Shown in pieces: positions 1 through 9,746 of a stretch of 64,000 nucleotides of DNA (positions within the stretch are counted from its first letter, which is position 1; each line of letters begins with the position of its first letter). The notes beneath the pieces are model-generated. The model saw only the letters and a list, made by a program, of their open reading frames with translations, ran no database searches and was not told where the DNA came from. A program made the translations under genes and the position numbers. This DNA is from Gammaproteobacteria bacterium. Its GTDB lineage: Bacteria; Pseudomonadota; Gammaproteobacteria; Ga0077536. The DNA lies in assembly GCA_050247235.1 (NCBI GenBank), contig JBFWUN010000008.1:11219-75218 (forward strand). Direction: 5' to 3'.

Positions 1-717
1 CAGACCTGCGGCTTCGACCAGGCGTCCCGCGTAATCACCGGGGGGATTGCGGAACACGGAGCCGCAGCTCGCTGCCCCGGTGGGTTGCGACGACGCACGC
101 TCCGCCAGGAATTCGCGACCGCGGACGAGGGGGTCGTAATCGGCGGCTGGCGCGAACGCGAGCTGACAGCCGAAGAACCATTCGCCGGCGGGACCGACCA
201 CGGTGCGGTAACCCACGTCGTACATGTCCGCCGTGCGGCGTCGCGTACGGCCCGCGCGGTCGACCGTCTCGACCTCGTGCACCCACTGCCAGATCTCGCT
301 GCCGAAGGCTCCCGCGTTCATCGCGAGCGCACCACCAATGGTGCCCGGGATACCGACCAGGAACTCGGCACCCGCGTAGCCTTCGGCCGCGGCGTAACGC
401 GCGACCTTCGGACACGGCACCCCTGCCTCGACCGAAATCCGGCCATCGACGTGGGCGATCCCGCCGAGCGCCCGTCCTGTGAGTATGATGACACCCTGGA
501 ACCCAGCATCACGAACGAGCACGTTGCTGCCGAGACCGATCCACGCAACCGGGACGTCGGGAGGTATCGCGGGAAGGAACGTGAGCAGATCGGCGCGGTC
601 CTCGGGCTCGAACAGCACATCCGCCGCCCCCCCCGCACGCCACGTGCAGTGACGCGCCATCGACTCGGCATGCCGCATCACCCCACGACACGCCAGACGG
701 TCCGTCCAGTGCGCCAT
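1..717 (-). CDS. murB: UDP-N-acetylenolpyruvoylglucosamine reductase MurB, first 239 codons (3' end runs off the window)
   Basis: Absent from the ORF track because it is open at the window edge. My minus-strand translation from ATG 717 reads MAHWTDRLACRGVMRHAESMARHCTWRAGGAADVLFEPED..WIGLGSNVLVRDAGFQGVII..GIPGTIGGALAMNAGAFGSE..SCGSVFRNPPGDYAGRLVEAAGL, which is MurB-like. GGAG lies 9 nt upstream. The gene follows murC directly. Confidence 0.85.
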   Translation of the reverse strand, partial: MAHWTDRLACRGVMRHAESMARHCTWRAGGAADVLFEPEDRADLLTFLPAIPPDVPVAWIGLGSNVLVRDAGFQGVIILTGRALGGIAHVDGRISVEAGVPCPKVARYAAAEGYAGAEFLVGIPGTIGGALAMNAGAFGSEIWQWVHEVETVDRAGRTRRRTADMYDVGYRTVVGPAGEWFFGCQLAFAPAADYDPLVRGREFLAERASSQPTGAASCGSVFRNPPGDYAGRLVEAAGL

Positions 718-751
718 CAGCGTGTTCTCCGCGTTTCGGTCGACGGCAACG

Positions 752-2173
752 TCACCCACACGCGCGCCCCTCCACGTAATCGAGCGTTTCCGCGACGCGC
801 CCGATACTCCCGGCACCAAGCAGCATCACGAGATCCCCGTCGCGCACCAGTCCCGACAGCACGTTTGCCACATCGGCAGGCCCTGCGACGAGGATCGGAT
901 CCAGGATCCCCCGCGCGCGCACTGCCCGGCACAGATCGCGAGCGTCGGCACCCGGCAGTGGCCGCTCGCCCGCCGGGTACACTTCCAGGATCAGAAGAAT
1001 ATCCGCCTGGGCGAGCACCGTGACGAAGTCATCAAACAGGTCACGCGTGCGCGTGTAGCGATGCGGCTGGAATGCCACCACCAACCTCCGGTCCGGCCAC
1101 CCTTCACGCGCAGTTCGCAGCATGACCGCGAGTTCCCGCGGATGGTGACCGTAGTCATCGATCACGAGCACCTCTGCATTCGCGATCCGCGCAACGCCCT
1201 TGAGTTGGCAGCGTCGCTTTACGCCCTCAAACTTCGCCAGCGCCCGCAGTACGGCCTCGTCGGCAATTCCGAGTTCGCCCGCAACGGCGATCGCGGCCAG
1301 CGCGTTGAGCGCGTTGTGCCGACCAGGCATGTTGACCGTCACGTCCAGTGCCGCTCCCCGGTTGCCACGCTCCACGCGCAAGCGAGTGCGATGTCCGTCC
1401 ACCCGCACATCGCAACCGCGGATATCTGCGTCGGGTGCCGTGCCATAGGTCAGAACACGCGTGTGCAGATCGCCGACCAGCGACATCGCTGCCGCATCGT
1501 CGGAACACACGACTGCTACGCCGTAGAACGGGAGTCTTCGAAAGAACTCCCGAAAGCTCCCGCGCAGCTTCTCGAAGTCCTGGTCGTAGGTCTGCATGTG
1601 ATCCGCGTCAATGTTCGTCAGTACCGCAACGAGCGGATTCAGGAGCAGAAACGAAGCATCGCTCTCGTCAGCCTCCGCGACGAGATAATGACCTTCACCG
1701 AGCCGCGCGTGAGAGCCTGCGCTATGCAGCAATCCGCCGATTACGAATGTCGGATCGAGCCCTCCCTCGCCAAGCACACTCGCGACAAGGCTCGTGGTCG
1801 TAGTCTTGCCATGCGTTCCCGCCACCGCGATGCCGCGGCGAAACCGCATCAATTCCGCCAGCATCTCTGCGCGGGGGACCACCGGCACACGGTTCGCGCG
1901 CGCGGCCACGAGTTCCGGATTGTCATTCGCGACTGCGCTGGAATAGACCACGACATCGGAATCCACCACGTTCACCGCGCGATGCCCGATCACGACGCGC
2001 ACTCCCATCTCGGACAATTGATCGGTCATCTGGTTACGTGCGAGATCCGATCCGGAGATTTCGTAGCCCAGATTGTGGAAGACCTGGGCGATTCCGCTCA
2101 TTCCCGCGCCGCCGATCCCGACGAAGTGAATCCGCTTCACGTTGTGCATCGGCAACTGGTCGGGCCTAATCAT
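752..2173 (-). CDS. murC: UDP-N-acetylmuramate--L-alanine ligase
   Basis: 473-aa ORF. N-terminal IHFVGIGGAGMSGIAQV dinucleotide loop and the Mur ligase P-loop AVAGTHGKTTTTS. Sits in the dcw cluster. Confidence 0.95.
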   Translation of the reverse strand: MIRPDQLPMHNVKRIHFVGIGGAGMSGIAQVFHNLGYEISGSDLARNQMTDQLSEMGVRVVIGHRAVNVVDSDVVVYSSAVANDNPELVAARANRVPVVPRAEMLAELMRFRRGIAVAGTHGKTTTTSLVASVLGEGGLDPTFVIGGLLHSAGSHARLGEGHYLVAEADESDASFLLLNPLVAVLTNIDADHMQTYDQDFEKLRGSFREFFRRLPFYGVAVVCSDDAAAMSLVGDLHTRVLTYGTAPDADIRGCDVRVDGHRTRLRVERGNRGAALDVTVNMPGRHNALNALAAIAVAGELGIADEAVLRALAKFEGVKRRCQLKGVARIANAEVLVIDDYGHHPRELAVMLRTAREGWPDRRLVVAFQPHRYTRTRDLFDDFVTVLAQADILLILEVYPAGERPLPGADARDLCRAVRARGILDPILVAGPADVANVLSGLVRDGDLVMLLGAGSIGRVAETLDYVEGRACG

Positions 2174-3245
2174 GCAGGAGCTCCAGGCAGTGGCGAGCCA
2201 CGTCCTCCGTGGCGGTCAGGTATGCCGCCGCGCGAGCGTGTGCCGCCATCTCGGCCATCCTGACCGGTTCATCCGCGATCGACCGTAATGCGTCTGCAAC
2301 CGTCTCGGCGGAAAGCTCCGCGTCCGCAACCATTACGGCCGCGCCGCGGTCCACGAGATAGCGCGCATTCGCCGTCTGGTGGTCGTCTACCGCGTGCGGA
2401 AAAGGGACCAGTATCGAAGGCAGGCCGGCGGCGGACACTTCGGCGATTGTCAGCGCGCCCGCCCGGCAGATCACGATGTCCGCCCACGCGTAAGCCTCTG
2501 CCATGTCCGTGATGAATGGTTCGACGACACCTTGCACTCCCTCGCTGCGGTAGGCATCCATGGTTGAAGTTACCTCGCGCTCGCCCGCCTGGTGACGGAC
2601 TTCCACCTGTTGAAAGGCGGCGAAACGCGCGACGCCGACAGGTACCACGCGATTGAGCGAGCGTGCGCCCAGGCTTCCGCCGAGGACGAGAATGCGCAGC
2701 GGATGCGGCGGACGTGTTCTGTGTGTGGGAGGCGCGATTCCGCCGATGTCGGCCCGCAAGGGATTTCCAGTCACCTGCACGTTTGAGGCGCCGCCGAATG
2801 TGCCGGGGTAGGCCGCCAGAACGCGGGTTGCAAAATGGCGCAGTACGCGATTCGTGAATCCGGGGACGGCATTCTGCTCGTGTATCACGAGCGGTCGACG
2901 GCACAGCCATGCGGCCAGCCCACCCGGCCCGCTCGCGAATCCTCCCATCCCGAGTACAACGCCCGGGCGAATCTTCAGGATTGCAATCATCGCAGCGAGC
3001 GTCGCACGCGCGACGGCGAAAGGCGCAAACACAAGGCGCAGGAGACCTTTTCCCCTGATGCCCGCAATCGCGATCCTGACGAGTTCGATTCCGTGCGCGG
3101 GGACGAGCGTGCATTCCATGCCCCGCGTGGAACCGAGCCACACGGGCGTAACCTGGCGCTGCCGCAGCCATTCGGCGACTGCCAGCGCCGGGAAGATGTG
3201 ACCGCCGGTCCCCCCCGCCACGATGAGTACGCGCTTCAATTTCAC
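2166..3245 (-). CDS. murG: Undecaprenyldiphospho-muramoylpentapeptide beta-N-acetylglucosaminyltransferase
   Basis: Lies in the frame of ORF 2166..3329. GTG at 3245 gives VKLKRVLIVAGGTGGHIFPALAVA (GGTGGH motif) and forms a GTGA overlap with the ftsW stop. The 28 residues upstream of it in the track model look non-coding. Confidence 0.9.
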   Translation of the reverse strand: MKLKRVLIVAGGTGGHIFPALAVAEWLRQRQVTPVWLGSTRGMECTLVPAHGIELVRIAIAGIRGKGLLRLVFAPFAVARATLAAMIAILKIRPGVVLGMGGFASGPGGLAAWLCRRPLVIHEQNAVPGFTNRVLRHFATRVLAAYPGTFGGASNVQVTGNPLRADIGGIAPPTHRTRPPHPLRILVLGGSLGARSLNRVVPVGVARFAAFQQVEVRHQAGEREVTSTMDAYRSEGVQGVVEPFITDMAEAYAWADIVICRAGALTIAEVSAAGLPSILVPFPHAVDDHQTANARYLVDRGAAVMVADAELSAETVADALRSIADEPVRMAEMAAHARAAAYLTATEDVARHCLELLHD

Positions 3246-4426
3246 GGTGCGCCTCCGGCCGTCGGCGCGGAACGGCTCGATGCGTTGGCTTCGAGTGACA
3301 CGCGAAGCACAAGGGCGACAGCCCCGCACAACATTACCATGCTGTTACTGCCATAACTGATCATCGGGAGAGTCAGCCCCTTCGTCGGCAGGATCCCGAG
3401 ATTGACGCCGATGTTCACGAATGCTTCGATCGAGATGAGCAGACCGATGCCGTACGCAACATATGCAGCAAACGGTTGCTTGTTGTCTTCTGCCTGACCC
3501 CCAATGTAGAGAATGCGCGTCAGCATCAGGAAGAACAGCAGGATCACACAACACGCGCCCGCAAGCCCAAGTTCCTCACCGATTACTGCAAAGATGAAAT
3601 CGGTGTGAACCTCCGGCAGGTAGAACAGCTTCTGTACGCTGTTCCCGAGCCCTACGCCGAACCATTCTCCCCGTCCGAAGGCTATCAGTGCCTGCGTGAG
3701 CTGAAAGCCGGTGTTGTAGGGGTCTGACCACGGATCCCGGAACGCCATCAGACGCTGCATGCGGTAGGGCGCAAGCACCGCGATGGCTGCGAGCGCCGAG
3801 ACCGCAACTCCCCCCCATGCAGCGAAGCGCCAAAGCGGGACTCCCCCCAGAAACAGCATCCCAAGCACGGTCGCCAGAATTACGACGGCAGCACCGAAGT
3901 CAGGTTCCAGGAGCAGCAGGAAGGCGACGATGGTGACTACGAAGATTGGCTTGATGAAACCCATCAGCTGCGAACGGACCTGTCGTTCGTGCCGCACGAG
4001 AAAGCCGGCGACGTAGATGATGACAGCGAGCTTGACCGGCTCGGAGGCCTGCAATGTCAGTGGCCCCAGCTTGACCCAGCGCATGCTCCCATTGACCTCG
4101 CGGCCAACGCCTGGGATCAGTACCGCCACCAGCAGTCCGATCCCAACCAGCAGGACCGTCACGCTGTGACGCTGGAACGCCTCGGTCGGAATCCGCAGCA
4201 CCATCGCACCCACGACGCAGCCCAGTGACAACGCGGCGAGCTGTCGCCACAAGAAGTGATACTGATTTCCACCATCACGCGCGGCAATCGCAATCGACGC
4301 GGATGCGACCATCACGAGCCCCAGGAACACGACCGCCGCCACGATCACGATAAGCCATGGATCGTAGCGATACGCATCCACGAACCTCCTGCGCGAAATC
4401 GAACTGAGCGGGACGGCCTGGCTCAT
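3242..4426 (-). CDS. ftsW: SEDS-family cell division peptidoglycan polymerase FtsW
   Basis: Lies in the frame of ORF 3242..4507. ATG 4426 forms an ATGA overlap with the murD stop. Polytopic membrane protein with the FYLPEVHTDFIFAVIGEELG motif. Sits between murD and murG. Confidence 0.9.
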   Translation of the reverse strand: MSQAVPLSSISRRRFVDAYRYDPWLIVIVAAVVFLGLVMVASASIAIAARDGGNQYHFLWRQLAALSLGCVVGAMVLRIPTEAFQRHSVTVLLVGIGLLVAVLIPGVGREVNGSMRWVKLGPLTLQASEPVKLAVIIYVAGFLVRHERQVRSQLMGFIKPIFVVTIVAFLLLLEPDFGAAVVILATVLGMLFLGGVPLWRFAAWGGVAVSALAAIAVLAPYRMQRLMAFRDPWSDPYNTGFQLTQALIAFGRGEWFGVGLGNSVQKLFYLPEVHTDFIFAVIGEELGLAGACCVILLFFLMLTRILYIGGQAEDNKQPFAAYVAYGIGLLISIEAFVNIGVNLGILPTKGLTLPMISYGSNSMVMLCGAVALVLRVSLEANASSRSAPTAGGAP

Positions 4427-5802
4427 ACCCGGTTCACCTCGCGAACGGCTGCCTCGAAAGCGCGTCCGCGGTCCTCGTAATTCAGGAACATGTCGAAACT
4501 CGCGCACGCGGGCGACAGCAGCACGGCGTCACCGGCGCGCGCCATCGATCGCGCAAGCATGACTGCGTCTCGCATGTCATTCGCACGTCGCACCGCGACG
4601 AGATCCGATAGCGCGGCTTCGATGCGCGGGGCATCCTCCCCGATCAGCACGATCGAACGCAATCGTCCTGCTACTGCTGGACGCAAATCGCGGAAATCGG
4701 CACCCTTGCCCTGGCCCCCTGCAATCAGGACGCCGGTTCGTGCGGAGAAGATCCCGGCGATCGCGGCGGCAGAGGCTCCTACGTTGGTGCCCTTGGAGTC
4801 GTTGAACCACGTTATTCCGTCTCGCTCCAGCACGAGTCGGCACCGGTGCTCCAGTCCATCGAAAGCGCGCAACGCCGCACACTGGCCTTGGCGGGAAATC
4901 CCGATGCAATCCGCAAGTGCCATGGCCGCGAGCGCGTTGAACTCGTTATGTAAGCCCCGAATACGCAGTTCCTCACAGCGCAGCACCGGCGTTCGCCCGT
5001 GTACCAGCCACCGTTCACCCTGGTGGGTCGCTACCGAGTAGGTATCCTCCCCGCCCTGGTTCAGCGATACCCAGCGAACGGGTGCATCGTGCGGCGCGAA
5101 CGCCGCCACCCGCGCGTCATCGGCGTTCAGCACGACCTGCCCGGCGCGGCGCAGGACGCGTGCCTTCGCCGCCGCATAGGCTTCCAGGCTTCCGTGTCGA
5201 TCCAGGTGATCGGGGGAGATGTTCAGTATGCAGGCGGCATTTGGCGCGAGCGTGTCGGTCAGTTCCAGCTGAAAACTCGACAGCTCCAGCACCAGCCAGT
5301 CGGGTCGGGGTGGCGCCAGTATGTCCAGTGCCGGCATGCCGAGATTGGCGCCCGCACGAGCGAGGAGACCGTCCGCGGCAATCATGTCAGTCACCAGCGT
5401 GGTCACAGTGCTCTTGCCGTTGGACCCCGTGATTGCGAGATACGGAACGTCGGCCACTTGTGCGAATATCTCGATGTCGCCTACCACCGGTATTCCACGT
5501 GAACGGGCGGACGACACCCACGGATGATCAAGCGGGATTCCCGGACTCAATGCCATGACTTCCGCGCTCTCGAGGACCTCTCGCGAGATCGCCCCACCCA
5601 TCCAGCGCACACCTGATCCGAGCGCCTCGAACTCAGCCGCGAGCATTGGACGCTCGTGCGCGTCAACCGCGACCACCTGGTGTCCTCGGGCCCCGAGATA
5701 GCGGGCACAGGAAAGACCCGTTCGTCCCATCCCGCACACAACCCAGCGTCTCGGAGCATCGATAAGCGTCGCCACTGGCGATCGAAGAGAAAGCATCGTC
5801 AT
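4423..5802 (-). CDS. murD: UDP-N-acetylmuramoylalanine--D-glutamate ligase
   Basis: 459-aa ORF. VVCGMGRTGLSCARYL Rossmann-like N-terminus and the ITGSNGKSTVTT P-loop. dcw context. Confidence 0.93.
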   Translation of the reverse strand: MTMLSLRSPVATLIDAPRRWVVCGMGRTGLSCARYLGARGHQVVAVDAHERPMLAAEFEALGSGVRWMGGAISREVLESAEVMALSPGIPLDHPWVSSARSRGIPVVGDIEIFAQVADVPYLAITGSNGKSTVTTLVTDMIAADGLLARAGANLGMPALDILAPPRPDWLVLELSSFQLELTDTLAPNAACILNISPDHLDRHGSLEAYAAAKARVLRRAGQVVLNADDARVAAFAPHDAPVRWVSLNQGGEDTYSVATHQGERWLVHGRTPVLRCEELRIRGLHNEFNALAAMALADCIGISRQGQCAALRAFDGLEHRCRLVLERDGITWFNDSKGTNVGASAAAIAGIFSARTGVLIAGGQGKGADFRDLRPAVAGRLRSIVLIGEDAPRIEAALSDLVAVRRANDMRDAVMLARSMARAGDAVLLSPACASFDMFLNYEDRGRAFEAAVREVNRV

Positions 5803-5809
5803 GCGACTT

Positions 5810-6892
5810 TCACCGGATCTTCAACGTGGTCAATCCAACCAGGACCAGGATGACCGAGATGATCCAGAAGCGAACGATCACGCGCGGTTCCGGCCAGCCC
5901 TTCAATTCGAAGTGGTGATGAATCGGCGCCATGCGAAATATGCGACGCCCCGTCAACTTGAAGGAAGCCACCTGCAGGATGACCGACACGGTCTCGAGGA
6001 CGAATACGCCACCCATCACGAAGAGTACGAGTTCCTGTCTCACCATGACGGATACAATCCCCAACGCCGCGCCAAGCGCGAGCGCTCCTATGTCTCCCAT
6101 GAAAACCTGTGCGGGATAAGTGTTGAACCAGAGAAAACCCAGCCCCGCGCCGACAATCGCGCCACAAAACACGCAAAGTTCTCCAACTCCCGCGATATAG
6201 GGGAACGCCAGGTATTCAGAGAACTTCACGTTGCCGGTGACGTACGCAAAAACCACCAGCGCGGACGCAATCAGCACGGTCGGCATGATTGCCAGACCGT
6301 CCAGACCATCGGTGAGATTGACAGCATTACTTGACCCGACCACAACAAAGTAGGTCGTCAGCACGTACAGCCAGCCGAGGTCTATCATGTACTGCTTGAC
6401 GAATGGCACCACCAGCTGGGTCTCAGCCGGCGACTTCGCCGAGACCATGAGCAGGATCGCAGCTACCAGCGCCGCGAATGACTGCCACGAATACTTGGCA
6501 CGTGCTGATAATCCTTTGCTGTTCTTGCGCGAAATTTTCAAGAAGTCGTCGTACCAACCGACAATTCCGAACGCGAGCATCGTGAGGAGCGCGATCCATA
6601 CAAACCGGTTGCCAAGATCGCCCCAGAGCAGCGTAGTCAGGCTGATCACCAGGATGATCAGCGCCCCTCCCATCGTGGGTGTGCCCGCCTTGGACAGATG
6701 GGATTGCGGCCCATCGTCCCTTACGCGTTGCCCGATCTGATATCGGCCCAGCTGCCGGATCAGATACGGTCCGAACAGCAGTGAAAGAAACAAAGCAGTG
6801 AGTACGCTCAATATCGTGCGCAGCGTCAGGTACCGCACGACGCCGAACCCGGGATCGAGTCTCTGAAGAATGTCAGCGAGCCAGATCAGCAT
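5810..6892 (-). CDS. mraY: Phospho-N-acetylmuramoyl-pentapeptide transferase
   Basis: 360-aa polytopic [12 protein letters not shown] start, [13 protein letters not shown] and PIHHHFEL motifs. Confidence 0.95.
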   Translation of the reverse strand: MLIWLADILQRLDPGFGVVRYLTLRTILSVLTALFLSLLFGPYLIRQLGRYQIGQRVRDDGPQSHLSKAGTPTMGGALIILVISLTTLLWGDLGNRFVWIALLTMLAFGIVGWYDDFLKISRKNSKGLSARAKYSWQSFAALVAAILLMVSAKSPAETQLVVPFVKQYMIDLGWLYVLTTYFVVVGSSNAVNLTDGLDGLAIMPTVLIASALVVFAYVTGNVKFSEYLAFPYIAGVGELCVFCGAIVGAGLGFLWFNTYPAQVFMGDIGALALGAALGIVSVMVRQELVLFVMGGVFVLETVSVILQVASFKLTGRRIFRMAPIHHHFELKGWPEPRVIVRFWIISVILVLVGLTTLKIR

Positions 6893-8247
6893 TCGTGCTC
6901 TCCCTCCATGAGAGCGGTCACCACTTTGTCGAACTGCATGAATCGGGAAGCCTTCACGAGTAACGCGACGCCAGGTACGAGGTCTCGGCGGAGCACGTTG
7001 ATCAATGCCTCACGAGTCGGAAAATGCGCTCCGCCTCCGCCGAATGCGTCGGCAGCATGTGTTGCCAGATCGCCGACCGCGTAGATTCGTTCCACACCGG
7101 CATGCTTAGCAAGCTTCGCTGCCGCAAGGTGCTGCGCGATTTCGTCCGGGCCCAGTTCTCCCATGTCGCCAAGCACTAGCCAACGTCGGCCCGCGCAACG
7201 TGCCAACACGTCCAGTGCAGCGGCCAATGATGCGGGGTTGGCGTTGTAGGTATCATCTATTACGGTTACGCCAGCGGCTATCGGCTTGATGTTTAGCCGG
7301 CCTTCAACCGGCTTGACAGCCGCGAGTCCTGTGCGCAGTTCGTCGAGCGTCGCTCCTGCCGCGGCCGTCGCGGCGGCGGCGGCGAGCGCGTTGTACACGT
7401 TGTGACGACCATCGAGCGCTGACTCGACCGTCGTATGCCCAAAGGGGGTCACGAGGTCGAACAGGGTCCCCTGCCCAGGCGGCCGCTGCAAAATGCTTAC
7501 CGCGCTGAAGTCGGCGGGCTGCTCGATTCCGAATGTAGATATCCGCCCGGCATCGGTCCGCTCACGCCAGTAGTCACTGAAACGATCGTCAGAATTGATG
7601 ATCGCGATGCCGCCTGGTCCAAGTCCTCGGTAGATCTCGCCCTTCGCTAGCGCGACGTTCTCGATCGACCCGAATCCTTGCAAATGCGCGGGGCCACACA
7701 TGGTGACGAGCCCGACTGTCGGTCGCGCGATTTCGACGAGTTCGGCGATATCGCGCATTCCGTTCGCGCCCATTTCGATAACCGCAGCGGTATGTCGCTT
7801 CGACAGCCCGAACAATGTCAGCGGCACCCCGACGTGATTGTTCAGATTTCCTCGCGTCGCCAGCACCTCGCCGCGACGTCCGAGAATTGCTCCTGCAATT
7901 TCCTTGGTGGTGGTCTTGCCATTGCTGCCAGTGACTCCAATTACCGGGATCGCATGGCGTACGCGCCAGGCACGCGCGAGAACTCCGAGCGCCACGCGGG
8001 TATCGGCGACCCGCACCACGGGGACCGCTGCAACCACATCACGTGCGACAATCGCTCCACACGCGCCTCGCGCGGCGGCTTCTGCAAGCGAATCGTGACC
8101 GTCGAACCGCTCACCCTTCAAGGCAAAAAACAGCTGACCTCGCTCCAAGGTCCGCGAATCGGTACTTACGCCGCAAAAGGTCACATCCTCGCCCTTCAGC
8201 AGACCGTCAACTTCCCGAGCCGCTTCCCGCAGCGACATTACGATCAT
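6886..8247 (-). CDS. murF: UDP-N-acetylmuramoyl-tripeptide--D-alanyl-D-alanine ligase
   Basis: Lies in the frame of ORF 6886..8301. ATG 8247 forms an ATGA overlap with the murE stop. [13 protein letters not shown]-loop. Confidence 0.92.
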   Translation of the reverse strand: MIVMSLREAAREVDGLLKGEDVTFCGVSTDSRTLERGQLFFALKGERFDGHDSLAEAAARGACGAIVARDVVAAVPVVRVADTRVALGVLARAWRVRHAIPVIGVTGSNGKTTTKEIAGAILGRRGEVLATRGNLNNHVGVPLTLFGLSKRHTAAVIEMGANGMRDIAELVEIARPTVGLVTMCGPAHLQGFGSIENVALAKGEIYRGLGPGGIAIINSDDRFSDYWRERTDAGRISTFGIEQPADFSAVSILQRPPGQGTLFDLVTPFGHTTVESALDGRHNVYNALAAAAATAAAGATLDELRTGLAAVKPVEGRLNIKPIAAGVTVIDDTYNANPASLAAALDVLARCAGRRWLVLGDMGELGPDEIAQHLAAAKLAKHAGVERIYAVGDLATHAADAFGGGGAHFPTREALINVLRRDLVPGVALLVKASRFMQFDKVVTALMEGEHEC

Positions 8248-9746
8248 TCGTGCCGCTCCAACCAGGCCAGCACAGTCCTCTGGTCGTTCTGCGGCGTGCA
8301 CACGCCGTGCACCTCCTGAACCGTCTCATGGCCCTTGCCCGCAACGAGCACTATGTCGTCCGGGGAAGCGGAGTCGAGTGCAGTGCAGATGGCCTCGTCG
8401 CGGTCATGAATCACGATGAAGCGGCTTGTATCAGTGTCACCGATGACTTCCCGGGCGATTTCCGCGGGACGTTCGCTTCTCGGATTGTCCGACGTCACGA
8501 TGACCGTGTCTGCATAGCAGGCGGCAATCCGGCCCATCAGCGGTCGCTTGGATCGATCCCGATCGCCACCGCATCCGAATACGCAGGTCAAACGTCCACG
8601 CTTGAGTTTACACAGCAACGACAGGACCCGCTCCAGGCTGTCCGGCGAATGCGCGTAATCGACGAACACGAGCGGATGCCGGTCTCCCCCAAATCGCTCC
8701 AATCTGCCAGTTACGGGCGTGACTTCGGACACCGCACGTATTGCGTCGTCGCCCGATACACCCATCGTCAACATCACTCCCAGCGCCGCGAGCAGATTCT
8801 GTACGTTGATATCACCGATGAGGCGAGTCCGGACTTCATGCGTTTCACCATCAATCCGGACGCTGAACTCCGTTCCGTCGAGTGCGTAGCTCACGTCGAC
8901 AAGGTGCAGGGTGCGTTCACCCGCAATCCGAAGTAGAGAGTCTCCAAGCGAGAACGATATCAGGGAAACGTCCGGGGGAAGCGCCGCTTCCACCGCCTTT
9001 GCCCATGGGTCGTCCGCATTGAGTACCGCGCACGCCAAGCCGGGATGCAGGAACAAACGCTTCTTGGCCTCGAAGTAATCGCGCGTGTTTGCGTGGTAGT
9101 CGAGATGGTCATGCCCCAAGCCGGTGAACACCGCTGTGCGCACGCGCGTGCCGGTCAGGCGGCTTTGCGCGAGCGCATGAGACGAGGCTTCCAATGCGAC
9201 GGTTCGCATTCCGCGTGAAAGCATGCCCGCCATCAGGCGCTGCAGATCGAGCGCATCTGGGGTGGTCATACCTGTGCTTTCAAGTCCGTCCAGCGCACCC
9301 GCTCCGAGGGTGCCGATGTAGCCGCAATGCCGGCCCACCGAGTTCAACATCTGAGCGCAGAGGTGGGAAACCGTGGTCTTTCCGTTCGTACCGGTTACCG
9401 CCACGACATCCAACGATTCACTCGGATTGCCATAGACCCACGCAGCGGCGTGACCGAACCGCTCGCGCAAAGAGGACACGCGGACAACCGGTACATCGAT
9501 TTCCGTCAGCGCCGCATTCTCGTCCGCAATGACCGCTACAGCACCGCGCGTGATTGCATCTCGCACGTAGGACGTACCATCGGTCTTCATGCCCGGAAGC
9601 GCGCAGAACACGTCCCCCGCCAGCACGCATCGACTGTCCACGGCCAATCCGCGAACGGCCAATTCGATAGCAGGGGCGCGCGCGCCAAGTGCCGCAGCCA
9701 GTGCCGATAGCGTGGTGCTGCATGCAGGACGAAATGCCGCGTTCAC
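8244..9746 (-). CDS. murE: UDP-N-acetylmuramoyl-L-alanyl-D-glutamate--2,6-diaminopimelate ligase
   Basis: 500-aa ORF. VTGTNGKTTVSH P-loop and the TSDNPRSE motif. 4-nt overlap with the ftsI stop. Confidence 0.93.
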   Translation of the reverse strand: MNAAFRPACSTTLSALAAALGARAPAIELAVRGLAVDSRCVLAGDVFCALPGMKTDGTSYVRDAITRGAVAVIADENAALTEIDVPVVRVSSLRERFGHAAAWVYGNPSESLDVVAVTGTNGKTTVSHLCAQMLNSVGRHCGYIGTLGAGALDGLESTGMTTPDALDLQRLMAGMLSRGMRTVALEASSHALAQSRLTGTRVRTAVFTGLGHDHLDYHANTRDYFEAKKRLFLHPGLACAVLNADDPWAKAVEAALPPDVSLISFSLGDSLLRIAGERTLHLVDVSYALDGTEFSVRIDGETHEVRTRLIGDINVQNLLAALGVMLTMGVSGDDAIRAVSEVTPVTGRLERFGGDRHPLVFVDYAHSPDSLERVLSLLCKLKRGRLTCVFGCGGDRDRSKRPLMGRIAACYADTVIVTSDNPRSERPAEIAREVIGDTDTSRFIVIHDRDEAICTALDSASPDDIVLVAGKGHETVQEVHGVCTPQNDQRTVLAWLERHE